Positions 28,375-38,942 of a stretch of 64,000 nt of DNA are shown piece after piece. Location: the IMG/VR virus record IMGVR_UViG_3300021426_000064, positions 1 through 64,000 of that record; one strand, written 5' to 3'. A model generated the notes under the pieces. It worked only from the letters and a program-made list of their open reading frames with translations. It made no database searches and was not told the origin of the DNA. The DNA is from a virus (taxonomy: Duplodnaviria > Caudoviricetes). Positions within the stretch are counted from its first letter, which is position 1; every line of letters starts with the position of its first letter. A program made the translations under genes and the position numbers.

Positions 28375-30462
28375 TTGTCTGAAAGAGTTGGCGGCGTACA
28401 AAAGACTAATACAGGTGTGATGGCAAAGAATAAGTTTGCTATTGCTTCTGCCGTTCTTGGCAGCTATATAGGATATTCCCGACGTGATGGTATATTTTTT
28501 AGATGTGAATATGACCTTGACGAAATAAAGGCTGCGGCCGAGACAGAGGGGTATTTAGCTACAGCCATCCAGAAATATAGTGAGCTTTTTATGAAAGCAG
28601 GGTATACCTTAAAAGGTACAAGTGATGCTCCGGCGGATTATCTTAGACAGCGCTTTAAGATGATGAGCTATATGGGCGAATTTGAACCATTTCCTCTTTT
28701 AATGAGAGAAACTGCTTTTGACCTTGTTAAATTTAGTAATGCATTCTGGGTAAAGAATCGCGCAGATAAGATTCCCTTTGTTAAAGCAACAGGAATTGTG
28801 AGCTCAGAAAAATGTGTAGCGGGATATTCAAGATTAGACCCGGCACAAGTTCGCGCCCAGTTCGACAAAGACGGTAAGCTGTCGGCATACAAGCAGGTAA
28901 CACCTACAGGCAGAGAAAAGGTTTTTAAAACCGAAGATGTGATTCATTTTGTTTTGAATCGCTCGGCCGAATCCGTGTGGGGAACGCCACGATGGATTCC
29001 AGCATTGGAAGATATTCGTTTTCTTCGGACGATGGAAGGCAATGTTGCGACAATAGCTCATAGGTTCTCAGCGCCTATCGTCCATGCAAAGGTTGGTCTA
29101 CCTCAGGAGGGTAAGGGTGGCACCAAGAAGGAAATTGATGACACCAGAAATCTTATCGAAAATACGCCCCCTGACGGCATGATTATCACTCCGGAAAGAG
29201 TTGCCTTCTCTATAGTTGGTGCCGAAGGAAATGCTCTGGACTTAAAAGATTATCTATCTTATTTTGAGAATCGCGTGTTTACCGACCTCAATACTTCCCA
29301 GACAATGATGGGGCGTGGAGGCAGCAAACAAGATGCTGACTCTATGGAAGAGCAGGTTCATAACGCTGTTAAAGATAACCAAGCGGCGTTTGCTATTCAA
29401 TTTAAGGATGCTGTAATAACTGAGCTCTTGCTTGAAGGTGGCTTTAATCCCATCCTAAATGAAAACGACGATGTTGATCTTGTATTTAATGAGATTAATC
29501 TCGACACAAGGGTTAAGCTGGAAAACCATATCACAAATCTCTTCCATGCTAATGCAATTACTTACGAAGAAATGCGAGCAGGTATTGGTTATAAGATTGG
29601 CAACATTGATGAGGATAGAGATCACCTGTATTCAAACTTTATCGAACAGGCTAACCAGCTTGAGCAAATCGAAGTCAACCATCAGAACGCTATCGAAATA
29701 GCAAAACTAAGCGCACAGCTTACAAGCTCTACTGAACAAGATAGTGGCGGGGATGATGATAAATCGTCTTCCGCAAAAGCAACAAAGAAAAAGAAGAGTA
29801 CCTATACAAAAAAGAATACCGGCAATGGCAAGGGTGTAAAAACTGGGAAAAGGACGGGGGCTGTAAAAGCTACCGATTCTCCTTCCAATCAATACGGCAC
29901 ATACAGCGCCAAAATTAAAGAGTCTGCTATTATTAATGAGTTTTCTTCCAAACTTAATGATAGTGGCAGCAACGCTGGAGATATAAAAAACAGAATCAAG
30001 TCCTACGTAAATGATATGTCAGTAAAGGGTGCAAAAGAGGGGTATGTAAGGGCTAAGGATACATTGGATCCTGGCAATGAACACCAAAAACCGTTACTTG
30101 CCCCGCAAAATAGTGTCTTAATAAACTATTTTAACAAGAATATTGATGAGTTTTTTAGTGATATAAATAAAAAGCTTAGTAATACGGGGGACGAATGCGG
30201 TTTTAAACGGCTGTTCGAGTCACAAAAATACAGGCTCACTATGCTTACGGATTTTGTTTATAGGAAGTCTTATTGGTACTCTTACTTAAAAACATGTGAG
30301 AGCCACGGAGTAAATCGTGTCAAAGTACATTGCCGCGAAGAAAGCCGACATAAAGAAAAATATGACGGCAAAATTATTAATCCGAAAAACTTCAACATAA
30401 ATGATATTCCGGGATACAGCACGAATTGCAGCTGCTATTTAGAACCACTAGAAAATGAATAG
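28375..30462 (+). CDS. Portal protein with a C-terminal extension
   Basis: DLVKFSNAFW, EDVIHF, WGTPRW, ITYEEMR. Position before the protease and capsid genes. Confidence 0.82.
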   Translation: MSERVGGVQKTNTGVMAKNKFAIASAVLGSYIGYSRRDGIFFRCEYDLDEIKAAAETEGYLATAIQKYSELFMKAGYTLKGTSDAPADYLRQRFKMMSYMGEFEPFPLLMRETAFDLVKFSNAFWVKNRADKIPFVKATGIVSSEKCVAGYSRLDPAQVRAQFDKDGKLSAYKQVTPTGREKVFKTEDVIHFVLNRSAESVWGTPRWIPALEDIRFLRTMEGNVATIAHRFSAPIVHAKVGLPQEGKGGTKKEIDDTRNLIENTPPDGMIITPERVAFSIVGAEGNALDLKDYLSYFENRVFTDLNTSQTMMGRGGSKQDADSMEEQVHNAVKDNQAAFAIQFKDAVITELLLEGGFNPILNENDDVDLVFNEINLDTRVKLENHITNLFHANAITYEEMRAGIGYKIGNIDEDRDHLYSNFIEQANQLEQIEVNHQNAIEIAKLSAQLTSSTEQDSGGDDDKSSSAKATKKKKSTYTKKNTGNGKGVKTGKRTGAVKATDSPSNQYGTYSAKIKESAIINEFSSKLNDSGSNAGDIKNRIKSYVNDMSVKGAKEGYVRAKDTLDPGNEHQKPLLAPQNSVLINYFNKNIDEFFSDINKKLSNTGDECGFKRLFESQKYRLTMLTDFVYRKSYWYSYLKTCESHGVNRVKVHCREESRHKEKYDGKIINPKNFNINDIPGYSTNCSCYLEPLENE

Positions 30463-30476
30463 GAAGGTTATCACAC

Positions 30477-31865
30477 ATGCCATTAGCTCTTAGAGAAGTT
30501 GAAGGGTATGATGTAACGAATCCTACCGCCCCTATCAGCTCGGAAAAACTCAAAGAATGGTTTGAGAAGTGCAAGAACTTTAAAGAGTCCGAGCATACCG
30601 CAAAACCGGATGGTTTTTTCACGGCCTGTATTGAAGCCATTCACGGCGATACACCGACCAGAAATTACACGCGGTATATGACGAGCAGTTTCAAGAAGGC
30701 AATTCCAACATGGACCTCGCCTTATCCTGTCCCTAACATTATGTATCACAACGATTATAACGGTGAAGTTGTTGGGCGGATTATCGAGGCCAAACAGGGA
30801 GATTCAAAAAGACTCCCTGGAGCCCAGGCACTTATCCTCACATCTGCCATCCCGGAATGGAAAGACAAGGAAAAGGTTCAAAATGGGCTTTACAGTACGG
30901 TTTCTATTGGTGTTTCCGCAACAGATGTCCGTTGCAGTATCTGCGGCGCTCAGCTAAGTGAAGGCGATTTCTGTGAACACCAGCGTGGGTATACTTACAA
31001 AAACGAAGAAACCGGCAAGAAAGAAACCTGCTATTGGGACGTCTATGAATGGGAAGCAAAGGAAATTTCGTTTGTCATTGTACCGTCCGACAAATACGCA
31101 GGAATTGTATCCTACTCCTACAATTATGCATCAGATGATGAGTCTACAACGGAAACTGAAAAACCAAAAGGCACACCTCCGGCAAGAAAATGGAGGATGT
31201 CCGGCTCAGAAGATAACGATGCTTCAAATACAAATAAAATGACTGAATCGCAGAATTCCGACAGTCTGTTACCACCACCAACAGCTAAGCAGGAATCAGA
31301 AGGAGAGAAAACATTGAACATTCAGGAAGCAGAACAGAAAATCGCTTCTCTTGAAACGGAAGCGAAAGCCCTGAAGGGGGATGCTGTTGTTCTTCAGGAA
31401 AAAGTTGACGCTTTGAATAAGGACAAAGTTTCCCTGCAGGAATCTATCGCAGAGATGAAAACTGCCGTTGAGGAAAAAGACCTCGCATTGAATCATGAAA
31501 AACAATTGCGCGAAGCCGCTGAAAGCAAAGTTGAAGGCCTGGAAAAAGAAGTAAAGGCCAGCCTTGCTGAATCCCTGGCTACGCTGCGCGAAAAGGCTGG
31601 TAAGCCCGCAATCGAAAAGCTTGCAGACCGCTCGATTGATTCCCTGCGCGATGCAATTACTGATATCAAGGCTGAGCTGAAGGAAGCTGCCGACAAGGCT
31701 GCTAAAGAAGCAAAAACTGCCGAAGAAGCCAAGGCTGCTGAAGAAGCAAAAAAAGCCAAGGGCTCTGTCAAAGAAAATACGTTGAAGGAATCGGAAGAGA
31801 CTCCGGGTGCAAACGTAGCTGAAGAAGCAAAGTCCCCCGCTGTTGCCGAAGACTTTGATCTTTAA
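30477..31865 (+). CDS. Prohead protease with a coiled-coil scaffold
   Basis: MYHND...VVGRI, VSIGV, CSICG...CEH, EISFVIVPSD, then an Ala/Glu/Lys-rich tail. Confidence 0.85.
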   Translation: MPLALREVEGYDVTNPTAPISSEKLKEWFEKCKNFKESEHTAKPDGFFTACIEAIHGDTPTRNYTRYMTSSFKKAIPTWTSPYPVPNIMYHNDYNGEVVGRIIEAKQGDSKRLPGAQALILTSAIPEWKDKEKVQNGLYSTVSIGVSATDVRCSICGAQLSEGDFCEHQRGYTYKNEETGKKETCYWDVYEWEAKEISFVIVPSDKYAGIVSYSYNYASDDESTTETEKPKGTPPARKWRMSGSEDNDASNTNKMTESQNSDSLLPPPTAKQESEGEKTLNIQEAEQKIASLETEAKALKGDAVVLQEKVDALNKDKVSLQESIAEMKTAVEEKDLALNHEKQLREAAESKVEGLEKEVKASLAESLATLREKAGKPAIEKLADRSIDSLRDAITDIKAELKEAADKAAKEAKTAEEAKAAEEAKKAKGSVKENTLKESEETPGANVAEEAKSPAVAEDFDL

Positions 31866-31885
31866 TCAGGGAGGACATTTATAAA

Positions 31886-33532
31886 ATGGCTTTATATCCT
31901 ACTTCTATGGAAACTCGTTATAAGCTGCAGCCGGGTGGCCGTGGCGAAGTATTTGTTGCTGATCAGCCGGGTTACCGCGATGGCGCTGCTCGTATCAATC
32001 GTACGCAGAACAGCATGAGTGAAGCCCCGCACGAGGCACTCACTGGTAAATACATTCTGGATAAGCGTCTGCCGGCACAGTTTAAGTATGGCTTTGCTGT
32101 TGGCTACAACAATATGGTTATTACAAAAGGCCGTATCGTAGCAGCTGACCCGTACATGGATCGTCAGGACTGGACTACGGATCGTCAGTTCAATGTATTG
32201 ACTCTGGCAAATGGTGGCGCACTGGTTCGCCTGCGTAAAGAAGGCGACGTATATCCGACGAAGGATACGTTGATTTCTGAAGAATCTCGCGGTGGCAAAG
32301 TTGCTGGTATTGGTTTGAACTGGATCCCGGTTGAAGGCATGGAAGAAACCTGGGGCGAAGGCGTATATCGCGCTTGTAAAACTTCCGGCTCTGCACAGCT
32401 CGAAGCTGCTAGTATGGGCATTGATGTTGAACACACCGGCAAGGTTGTTGAAAATGCGGAAAAAGCTACCGACGGCACGGTTGTTGGCGGTAAAGTTACG
32501 GATGATGTTCGTGCTGCTAACGTTCCCCTTGGTATGCTGGGCAAGAACCAGTACACCCAGTTTAACGACGACAGCATGGACGGCATGATTCCTGGCCCGA
32601 TTCTCACGGATAAGATTGTTGAACTCCCGTACTTCCAGTTCAAGGACAAGGCAGAAAAGCAGCCTTGGGGTGCTATCTACGGTACGCTGAAAGTCGGCGA
32701 TCTGGTTAAATCTGATGAAAACGGCCGTTTGGTTGTATCTCCGCTGTCTTATGATGTTGCTCTCGATACAATGACTGCCGCAGAAATCGAACGTGAACGC
32801 CAGCAGGTTGTTGGCCAGGTTATTTCCCTGTCCCATGATATGGTTCCCGAGGGTGGTTATGAACTCGCTCAGTGGGCTCTGGCTGACCGTCTGAAATACG
32901 AAGGCTTGAATCCGGAAATCTACACGCAGACAAATCGCCCTGGCGAAGATGCAGTATCCGCATCCGTATTCCAGAGCACTGGCCGTTATCCCGGCTATCC
33001 GTACGACAAAGCGTACAGCGAACACGACCTGCATATGTTGGGCATGGGTGGTAACCACTATGATAAGTTTATGCCGCTCGAATATCAGCTCGATAATGGT
33101 ATCCCGGGCCTGACCGATGGTCACAACGCCGTTGTTCGTGATTTTGAAAACAATCATGCAGCTGTAATCTTTGCTCGTAAAGACAATACGCAGCCGTATG
33201 TTCGTTCCGTAATCAAGGTTTGCCAGAATGGTAACTTTGAGGATGGTTCCTTGAAGGTACAGCTTGGCGATGGCGATTTCATTGATGTTAACAGCCAGAC
33301 TGTTAAGGGCGAGCCGCAGAAGCTCAACGATGCCTTCGCTGTTACGTACTACAACGCCGTTCAGGGGCTTGTATGCATCGAAGTTGTTGATGAAGCGAAA
33401 GCTGACGAGATGCTGAAAGACAAAGAACTCGTTGTTAACCTGAAATACAAGAAGCGCGGCCTGAATGGCGTTCCGACCTTTATGGATTGGGATGGCTGTG
33501 TAGGTAGTGCTAAGATTATGCTTCAGCGCTAA
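31886..33532 (+). CDS. Head structural or decoration protein
   Basis: Lies between the protease and MCP genes, has strongly biased codons, LKVGDLVKSDENG motif. Confidence 0.6.
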   Translation: MALYPTSMETRYKLQPGGRGEVFVADQPGYRDGAARINRTQNSMSEAPHEALTGKYILDKRLPAQFKYGFAVGYNNMVITKGRIVAADPYMDRQDWTTDRQFNVLTLANGGALVRLRKEGDVYPTKDTLISEESRGGKVAGIGLNWIPVEGMEETWGEGVYRACKTSGSAQLEAASMGIDVEHTGKVVENAEKATDGTVVGGKVTDDVRAANVPLGMLGKNQYTQFNDDSMDGMIPGPILTDKIVELPYFQFKDKAEKQPWGAIYGTLKVGDLVKSDENGRLVVSPLSYDVALDTMTAAEIERERQQVVGQVISLSHDMVPEGGYELAQWALADRLKYEGLNPEIYTQTNRPGEDAVSASVFQSTGRYPGYPYDKAYSEHDLHMLGMGGNHYDKFMPLEYQLDNGIPGLTDGHNAVVRDFENNHAAVIFARKDNTQPYVRSVIKVCQNGNFEDGSLKVQLGDGDFIDVNSQTVKGEPQKLNDAFAVTYYNAVQGLVCIEVVDEAKADEMLKDKELVVNLKYKKRGLNGVPTFMDWDGCVGSAKIMLQR

Positions 33533-33555
33533 TAACACGGAGGTAAATAATAATA

Positions 33556-34800
33556 ATGATTTCTCTTAACGAACGCCTCACGAAGGCTGAAAATAGAATT
33601 AAGGCTTTGAAAGAAAACGAAGCCGCAAAGAAAGCCGGCAAGCCGGCTGTTCACCAGATGAAGGGAGATGCTTCCCTGAAGGAAATGGAAGCATACAAAA
33701 CCTTCCTGCAGCAGCTCAGTGGTAAGGATACGTCCAATAAAACCGCTCGTGTTACCCTGAACGAAATGCTGACATCCACGGATATCATTGACATGATTCC
33801 GAAGGTAATTTCCGGCGAAATGATCGAAGCTGCTGAACCGCAGCTTCTGGCCGCAAATCTCTTTACAAAGATCCAGGCTCCGGGCAATGGCGTTACGATC
33901 GTTGTTCCTGTTGTTGGCGAAATCTATGTTCGTGAAGTTGCTGAAGGCGCACCGTTCGAAGAAACTGCTCCGGACAATGCTACGCTCGAAAACAGCCGCC
34001 TGACCATCGACATCAAGAAGTATGGCTCCAAGGTCTCCATCACGGAAGAGGCTATGAGTGACTATACCTGGGATGTTCATGCTCTGACGATTCGCCAGAT
34101 GGGCCGCGCATTTGCTCGCAACAAGGAAGAAAAGTGCTTTAAGGAATTCTCCAAGCACGGTCATGTTGTTTTTGATAACGCTATCCGCGATCAGCGTCCG
34201 GAAGCAGGCACGCATGGTCTGGATAAGAAGGGCAATGAAAACAATACCCTGTCTGTAGAAGACTTCCTGGAAATGATGCTTGCTGCAATCACCAATAACC
34301 ACACACCGACGGACTTCTTTGCTCATCCGTTGGTATGGACGATCTTTGCTGCCAATGGCATGGTTGGCGCTGGTATGAGCTTCGGCGCTCTTGGCGGTCA
34401 GAATGTAAACCCGAGCGGCGGTACGCAGGGCAGCCCGAACTTCTCTGGCTTGCAGAATAACATTGGCAACCAGCAGTTCATTCTTCGTCCGGAAGATGTA
34501 CAGAACCGTCTGCCGATTCCACTCACGGTTAACCTCACTCCGCAGGTTGCCTTCAATAAGGAACGCAAAGCATTCGATTGCTACATCGTTGACCGCAACA
34601 ATGTTGGTATCATTGCTCAGCGTCAGGAAATCACCATGGATAATTGGACGAATCCGGAACTCGATGTTCAGTTTATCAAGGCTAAAGAACGCTTTGGTGT
34701 TGGCATCCAGGATCATGGTCGTGGCATTATGGTTGCCCGCAACATTGCTGCCGAGAAATCCTATCCGGAAAGCCTCCCGGTTCGCGTTATTGCAGAATAA
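33556..34800 (+). CDS. Major capsid protein (HK97 fold)
   Basis: IPKVISGEMIE, EVAEGA, KYGSKVSITEE, AKERFGVGI. Highly biased codons. Followed by a terminator. Confidence 0.88.
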   Translation: MISLNERLTKAENRIKALKENEAAKKAGKPAVHQMKGDASLKEMEAYKTFLQQLSGKDTSNKTARVTLNEMLTSTDIIDMIPKVISGEMIEAAEPQLLAANLFTKIQAPGNGVTIVVPVVGEIYVREVAEGAPFEETAPDNATLENSRLTIDIKKYGSKVSITEEAMSDYTWDVHALTIRQMGRAFARNKEEKCFKEFSKHGHVVFDNAIRDQRPEAGTHGLDKKGNENNTLSVEDFLEMMLAAITNNHTPTDFFAHPLVWTIFAANGMVGAGMSFGALGGQNVNPSGGTQGSPNFSGLQNNIGNQQFILRPEDVQNRLPIPLTVNLTPQVAFNKERKAFDCYIVDRNNVGIIAQRQEITMDNWTNPELDVQFIKAKERFGVGIQDHGRGIMVARNIAAEKSYPESLPVRVIAE

Positions 34801-34831
34801 TATCTGCTCTAATTTCCGGGTTAATCATATC

Positions 34832-34860
34832 AAGAGGCAGTCATTTGACTGCCTCTTTTT
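34832..34860 (+). terminator. Rho-independent terminator
   Basis: AAGAGGCAGTCA-TT-TGACTGCCTCTT followed by T tract. Confidence 0.8.
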
Positions 34861-34922
34861 AATTAAGGGAAATCCTTTGGTAATAGCGGCAAATGTAGAG
34901 ACTAAAATAACCGGAGGATTTT

Positions 34923-35312
34923 ATGGGTAAAAAATATACCGAAACGGAAATTGAAAGAATACAGAACGAGCTATCCAATCAAGTAGAGAAAGAAAATGAC
35001 TTTTTAACTGAGATTGAACAGCTCTCAGAGTCAATTGCCCACCGTCTTGTACAGGGGCGTCACACAAGGGAACGTTTCTTAGACACAGACTTTATCTTCA
35101 ATCTGAGATATGACGATGTGCGAAAGATTATCTATGTAATGAGAACGGATCCTGTAAAACTGGCAATTGGCATGGGGCACTACAGGCCCGCAATTTTCGC
35201 AGAAGAATACAACGAAAACCTGACCATGGATGAAAATGTTTACATTGCTGTTAAGGCAGCGTTATGCTCCAAGGCGGGAATTATAAATGTCGACGAAGCA
35301 GGTAACGACTAA
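34923..35312 (+). CDS. Hypothetical protein
   Basis: GGAGG RBS. Confidence 0.7.
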   Translation: MGKKYTETEIERIQNELSNQVEKENDFLTEIEQLSESIAHRLVQGRHTRERFLDTDFIFNLRYDDVRKIIYVMRTDPVKLAIGMGHYRPAIFAEEYNENLTMDENVYIAVKAALCSKAGIINVDEAGND

Positions 35313-35330
35313 CGGAGGTTTTTATAAATT

Positions 35331-35951
35331 ATGGCAAATGTAATCGCTCGAGTAAAACTGGCTCCCGGCGAAACGGGTTTCTTTGACAGCTCGACAAACA
35401 CGTATCTTAACTGGAGTCATCCGGTAGCAGATATCGAACTGGGTTCCGACCTGAAATCTTTGCGGGCTGCAGTAAAGGCCAAAAAGATTACAGTTATCGA
35501 AGGGTCTCTTGGACAGAAGAAAACCTTTAAGCAGGTTTTGATGGAAGCGAAAAGTAAGCGCACCGGACAGCCCCTCGAGGAATTAATGGGAGACACGCCG
35601 TTGGCCTTTGAACCGACTGAAATTATTGGCAGCGATAATAAAACGGACGGCAAGGTTGCAGTGACAAAAACTACGCTTGATATTAAGCCGGACAAAGAAC
35701 TTGTTGAACAAGCGGTAACTGAAAGCAAGGTTGCCACCGAAACAGCAAAGAAGACTGTAAAGGCAGCAGATACAAAAGTTGAAGAGGATAAAAAGGTTGA
35801 AGAAGCCTCCGCAGCTGAACCGGTAGAAGATAAGGCGAAAGAGCCCGAGGAGAAGGCTGCACCTAAGAAGAAAACCACCAGCAAGAAAAAGTCAACCAAA
35901 AAGGTTGATGAAGAAGCTGCGGTTGAAGCTGAGGAAAAAGCAGACAAGTAA
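35331..35951 (+). CDS. Hypothetical protein with a Lys/Glu/Ala-rich tail
   Basis: GGAGG RBS, located in the neck region. Confidence 0.7.
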   Translation: MANVIARVKLAPGETGFFDSSTNTYLNWSHPVADIELGSDLKSLRAAVKAKKITVIEGSLGQKKTFKQVLMEAKSKRTGQPLEELMGDTPLAFEPTEIIGSDNKTDGKVAVTKTTLDIKPDKELVEQAVTESKVATETAKKTVKAADTKVEEDKKVEEASAAEPVEDKAKEPEEKAAPKKKTTSKKKSTKKVDEEAAVEAEEKADK

Positions 35952-35967
35952 AGGACAGGTGTAAATC

Positions 35968-36786
35968 TTGTATCAAAAGTTTACCGTGGAGTCGGTGCGC
36001 GTATTTGAGGCCGACCACCTAATAAAAATCGGTTTTACCTTTGATGTGGATGAAGACTCTGTTACTGAAACCTCGGTTTATCTAACACTGAAAAACGGGG
36101 ATATAAACCCCATTACAATGTCTAAAGTAACCGTGGATGGCCCCACGGTTACTTTAGAATATGAGTCTCTACAGGTAAATACCGATTATGAAATTGTCGT
36201 CACTAAAGATGTCCGCTCTATTATGGAAGATGAGCTGGCTATTGAATTTAAAAAAAGGATACGTCTAAACTCTCGCGTAGATAGCGTAGTTAACATTATC
36301 GCCCCTATTGATTATGAGGAATTGGAAAAGCCACATTTTTTGTTTTCTGAAGAAAAGGGCAAAAGCGGCAAGGCGTTTAATCGCTTCAGAATTCAAGTGG
36401 CGCCAGATTACGGTTTCTTAAACGTGATCTACGATACAGTTATTGAGTCGAGGAATGAAATAACTCTTTCGGGCCTCAAGGCGAATCCACAATATTTTGT
36501 CAGAATGCGTGTTGAAGCTAATGACGATGAATATGGCAATTGGACAAAAGGCAGAACCTTTACGTTAAAAGGCGAGCCAGAGCCAGATTACACAGTACCA
36601 ACAACAAACAAGCCCAAAAAGCCGGAAGATTGTGACGATGTTGTATTTGAAGATGACTTTGAGATTATTGGTTATCCGGAAAACGGTATAACGCCTGATG
36701 GTAGTTTTATCATTGAGTTTGACGAGGACATTGATACGTCGTCCATCGATATTGCAAATATCGTCCTTACAAGAAAGCAGGTATGA
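35968..36786 (+). CDS. Ig-like/FN3 domain virion protein
   Basis: IKIGFTFDVDEDSV...NTDYEIVV (Big-like). LSGLKANPQYFVRMR...YGNWT (FN3-like). Confidence 0.65.
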   Translation: MYQKFTVESVRVFEADHLIKIGFTFDVDEDSVTETSVYLTLKNGDINPITMSKVTVDGPTVTLEYESLQVNTDYEIVVTKDVRSIMEDELAIEFKKRIRLNSRVDSVVNIIAPIDYEELEKPHFLFSEEKGKSGKAFNRFRIQVAPDYGFLNVIYDTVIESRNEITLSGLKANPQYFVRMRVEANDDEYGNWTKGRTFTLKGEPEPDYTVPTTNKPKKPEDCDDVVFEDDFEIIGYPENGITPDGSFIIEFDEDIDTSSIDIANIVLTRKQV

Positions 36787-36787
36787 T

Positions 36788-37462
36788 ATGGAGCGAGTCA
36801 ATTTTTCTTATCGAGTATTTGACAACTGTCTGGAAATTATCCCGGATGGCGGTATTAAAAATAATAGCATCTATAAGCTGACATTGAAAAACATTCGATC
36901 CGCTGAAGGACATAAAGTGCTTGACAAACAGAGTCTTGAGATTACAACAGCCATGACACCAGCATATTGCAGCGTTGATGCTATCCGTACTCTCGTGGAT
37001 GTATTTGATATATCCGAATCGACGATCTTATTTCAAATTCGCCAAGCCAGTAAGGAAGCAGACTTTATCTGGCGCTCTGTTTATAACAAGCCAATAACTC
37101 GCGATGCGGATGGCAACTATCCGTTTCCTGTCGAAAAATTTACAGAGGTGCGCGCAAGCCAACTCGCATTGACAAGAGCATACATTACTGGCACATCTGA
37201 AAGCGGACTTGAAGGAACACTGGGTAAGATCACTTTTAAGAACGGCGAAGAGCTCGGAAATATCCGAAAGTTGATAGATTCCCTAAAGGCCGAGGCTGAT
37301 AAATGGCAGGATGCTATCCGGGGGTATGTCTTTGACGGTAGAAATAAGCCCGCATTTGCATTGCGCGGCAATCATTCTCTTCGTGCTACGCCGGCCGCAG
37401 TTATTCTCAGGAATTATAATCGTGACGGCAATATGGGGCTGAAAGGAGGATTTGTCATCTAA
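36788..37462 (+). CDS. Probable head-tail adaptor
   Basis: Start at ATG 36788. YCSVDAIR motif and position. Confidence 0.55.
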   Translation: MERVNFSYRVFDNCLEIIPDGGIKNNSIYKLTLKNIRSAEGHKVLDKQSLEITTAMTPAYCSVDAIRTLVDVFDISESTILFQIRQASKEADFIWRSVYNKPITRDADGNYPFPVEKFTEVRASQLALTRAYITGTSESGLEGTLGKITFKNGEELGNIRKLIDSLKAEADKWQDAIRGYVFDGRNKPAFALRGNHSLRATPAAVILRNYNRDGNMGLKGGFVI

Positions 37463-37923
37463 TGTTAAATCCAAATTTCAATAAAAAGATTCGAGCCATT
37501 ATCCATAAACTGGAATATCCAATGTATGTCGTTATTCGTGACCAGTCCATGTATTGCCCATGTCGCGATGCAAATAATACGCCAGATCCAGACTGCCCAA
37601 AATGCTTGGGAACGGGAAACAAAATAAAAATCAAAAAGATAACCGGCGTTATGGAACCGGACGAAGTATCTCTGCGTCTTGAAGGACAGCAACAGGCAGC
37701 TCCATCAAACTATTATTATTTTGATGCAGAAAAGGTTCCAAAAGAAACGGTGCTTGCTGGCAATATTATTGTCCGCGAAGATGAAGCAGATATCTTGCAA
37801 GGGGCAAAGAAGTTCCGCTCAGACTCTAATAAGGTCATTTATTACTACGAAGAAGCCGTCCCTATGAAATCCAATCTGAAGCTCTTTTTAAAGAATTTTT
37901 ATAATCTGGTGAGAACAAAATGA
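37462..37923 (+). CDS. Probable head closure or neck protein
   Basis: CPC...CPKCLGTG motif and position. Confidence 0.55.
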   Translation: MLNPNFNKKIRAIIHKLEYPMYVVIRDQSMYCPCRDANNTPDPDCPKCLGTGNKIKIKKITGVMEPDEVSLRLEGQQQAAPSNYYYFDAEKVPKETVLAGNIIVREDEADILQGAKKFRSDSNKVIYYYEEAVPMKSNLKLFLKNFYNLVRTK

Positions 37924-38939
37924 TTACAAGTATAAAGGAAATTGACTTACACAAATCAGTTCTTCTCATTGGCATCGGTGCGACAAATAAGTACCTGCAT
38001 GACATTGTAAAACCGGAAAGGGTATCTGAAGCACGGGAGGTTTTTGGTGACAGCGACCTTGTAGATTCATACGAACTTCTAGTAAGAGGCAATGAGGATA
38101 AAGACATTTTCATTATGAATATCGAGGTTATGACTGATTATCTTGACATTGCACCGCTCGTATCCAGTTACGATTTCTCCTACGTAGTCCCTATAGATGT
38201 CGGTATTGCAAATTTTTTCTATGACCCAAATAAAGATGGGAAAAAGACCTTTTATATTCAGTATCTAATGGAGTCGCTACCGGAAGAAAATAAAACGGTA
38301 TTTTTGGTTACTGACACGCATGCTAGTTTATATCAAGACATTGACCAGTTTTTAGAAAGCATGAATTATCGTGAACGGGAGTTCAGAAGCAGCCTCCAGT
38401 TAAAGAAAACTAAAAGGCATATCACGTTTGTAGCGAACAATTTAAGTGGCATTGCGTATGGTAATGTAGAGTTGTGCCGCATGATTCTACTTACCGATGT
38501 AAACGAATACCCCGCAGACAGTGACGAGCTTCATGCAATATTCAGTCTTGATTTTAACGACAATGTAAGTAGCATGGCTTACTTTAAGACTCATGCTGAC
38601 AAGACCACGTCAGTAGAAAACCTTCTTAACTTTGATGAGGAAGAAGAGCCGACAAAGATATTCTTTATCTATAGGATTTGCCTTTACATCGCGAAAGAAC
38701 TGGATTTCACCGATTATATTGGCTCCAAATATATCTCTTATAAAAAGCAGCGCATTGCTGCTATTGTCTCAGACTATTTACGTACACTGGTTGGATATGT
38801 ACTGATAAATTATCGAATAGACGAATGTTTTGCAAAGGAAGATCCAAGACATCCTGGAACAGTTGACATTATTTTGAGTTATTCTATCCAGCCAATCGGG
38901 TGTGCAGAACGTTTTATTACAAGAACATTGAGGATTTAA
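37920..38939 (+). CDS. Sheath-like protein (short paralog or initiator)
   Basis: N-terminal AREVFG and C-terminal YIGSK...VDIILSYSIQPIGCAERF mirror the sheath termini. Confidence 0.5.
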   Translation: MITSIKEIDLHKSVLLIGIGATNKYLHDIVKPERVSEAREVFGDSDLVDSYELLVRGNEDKDIFIMNIEVMTDYLDIAPLVSSYDFSYVVPIDVGIANFFYDPNKDGKKTFYIQYLMESLPEENKTVFLVTDTHASLYQDIDQFLESMNYREREFRSSLQLKKTKRHITFVANNLSGIAYGNVELCRMILLTDVNEYPADSDELHAIFSLDFNDNVSSMAYFKTHADKTTSVENLLNFDEEEEPTKIFFIYRICLYIAKELDFTDYIGSKYISYKKQRIAAIVSDYLRTLVGYVLINYRIDECFAKEDPRHPGTVDIILSYSIQPIGCAERFITRTLRI

Positions 38940-38942
38940 AGC

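Noticed and set aside
31892-34716. Long antisense ORFs (548 and 395 aa) opposite the head genes
   Set aside because: They are codon-aligned shadows of strongly biased sense genes, with no RBS or protein-like motifs.
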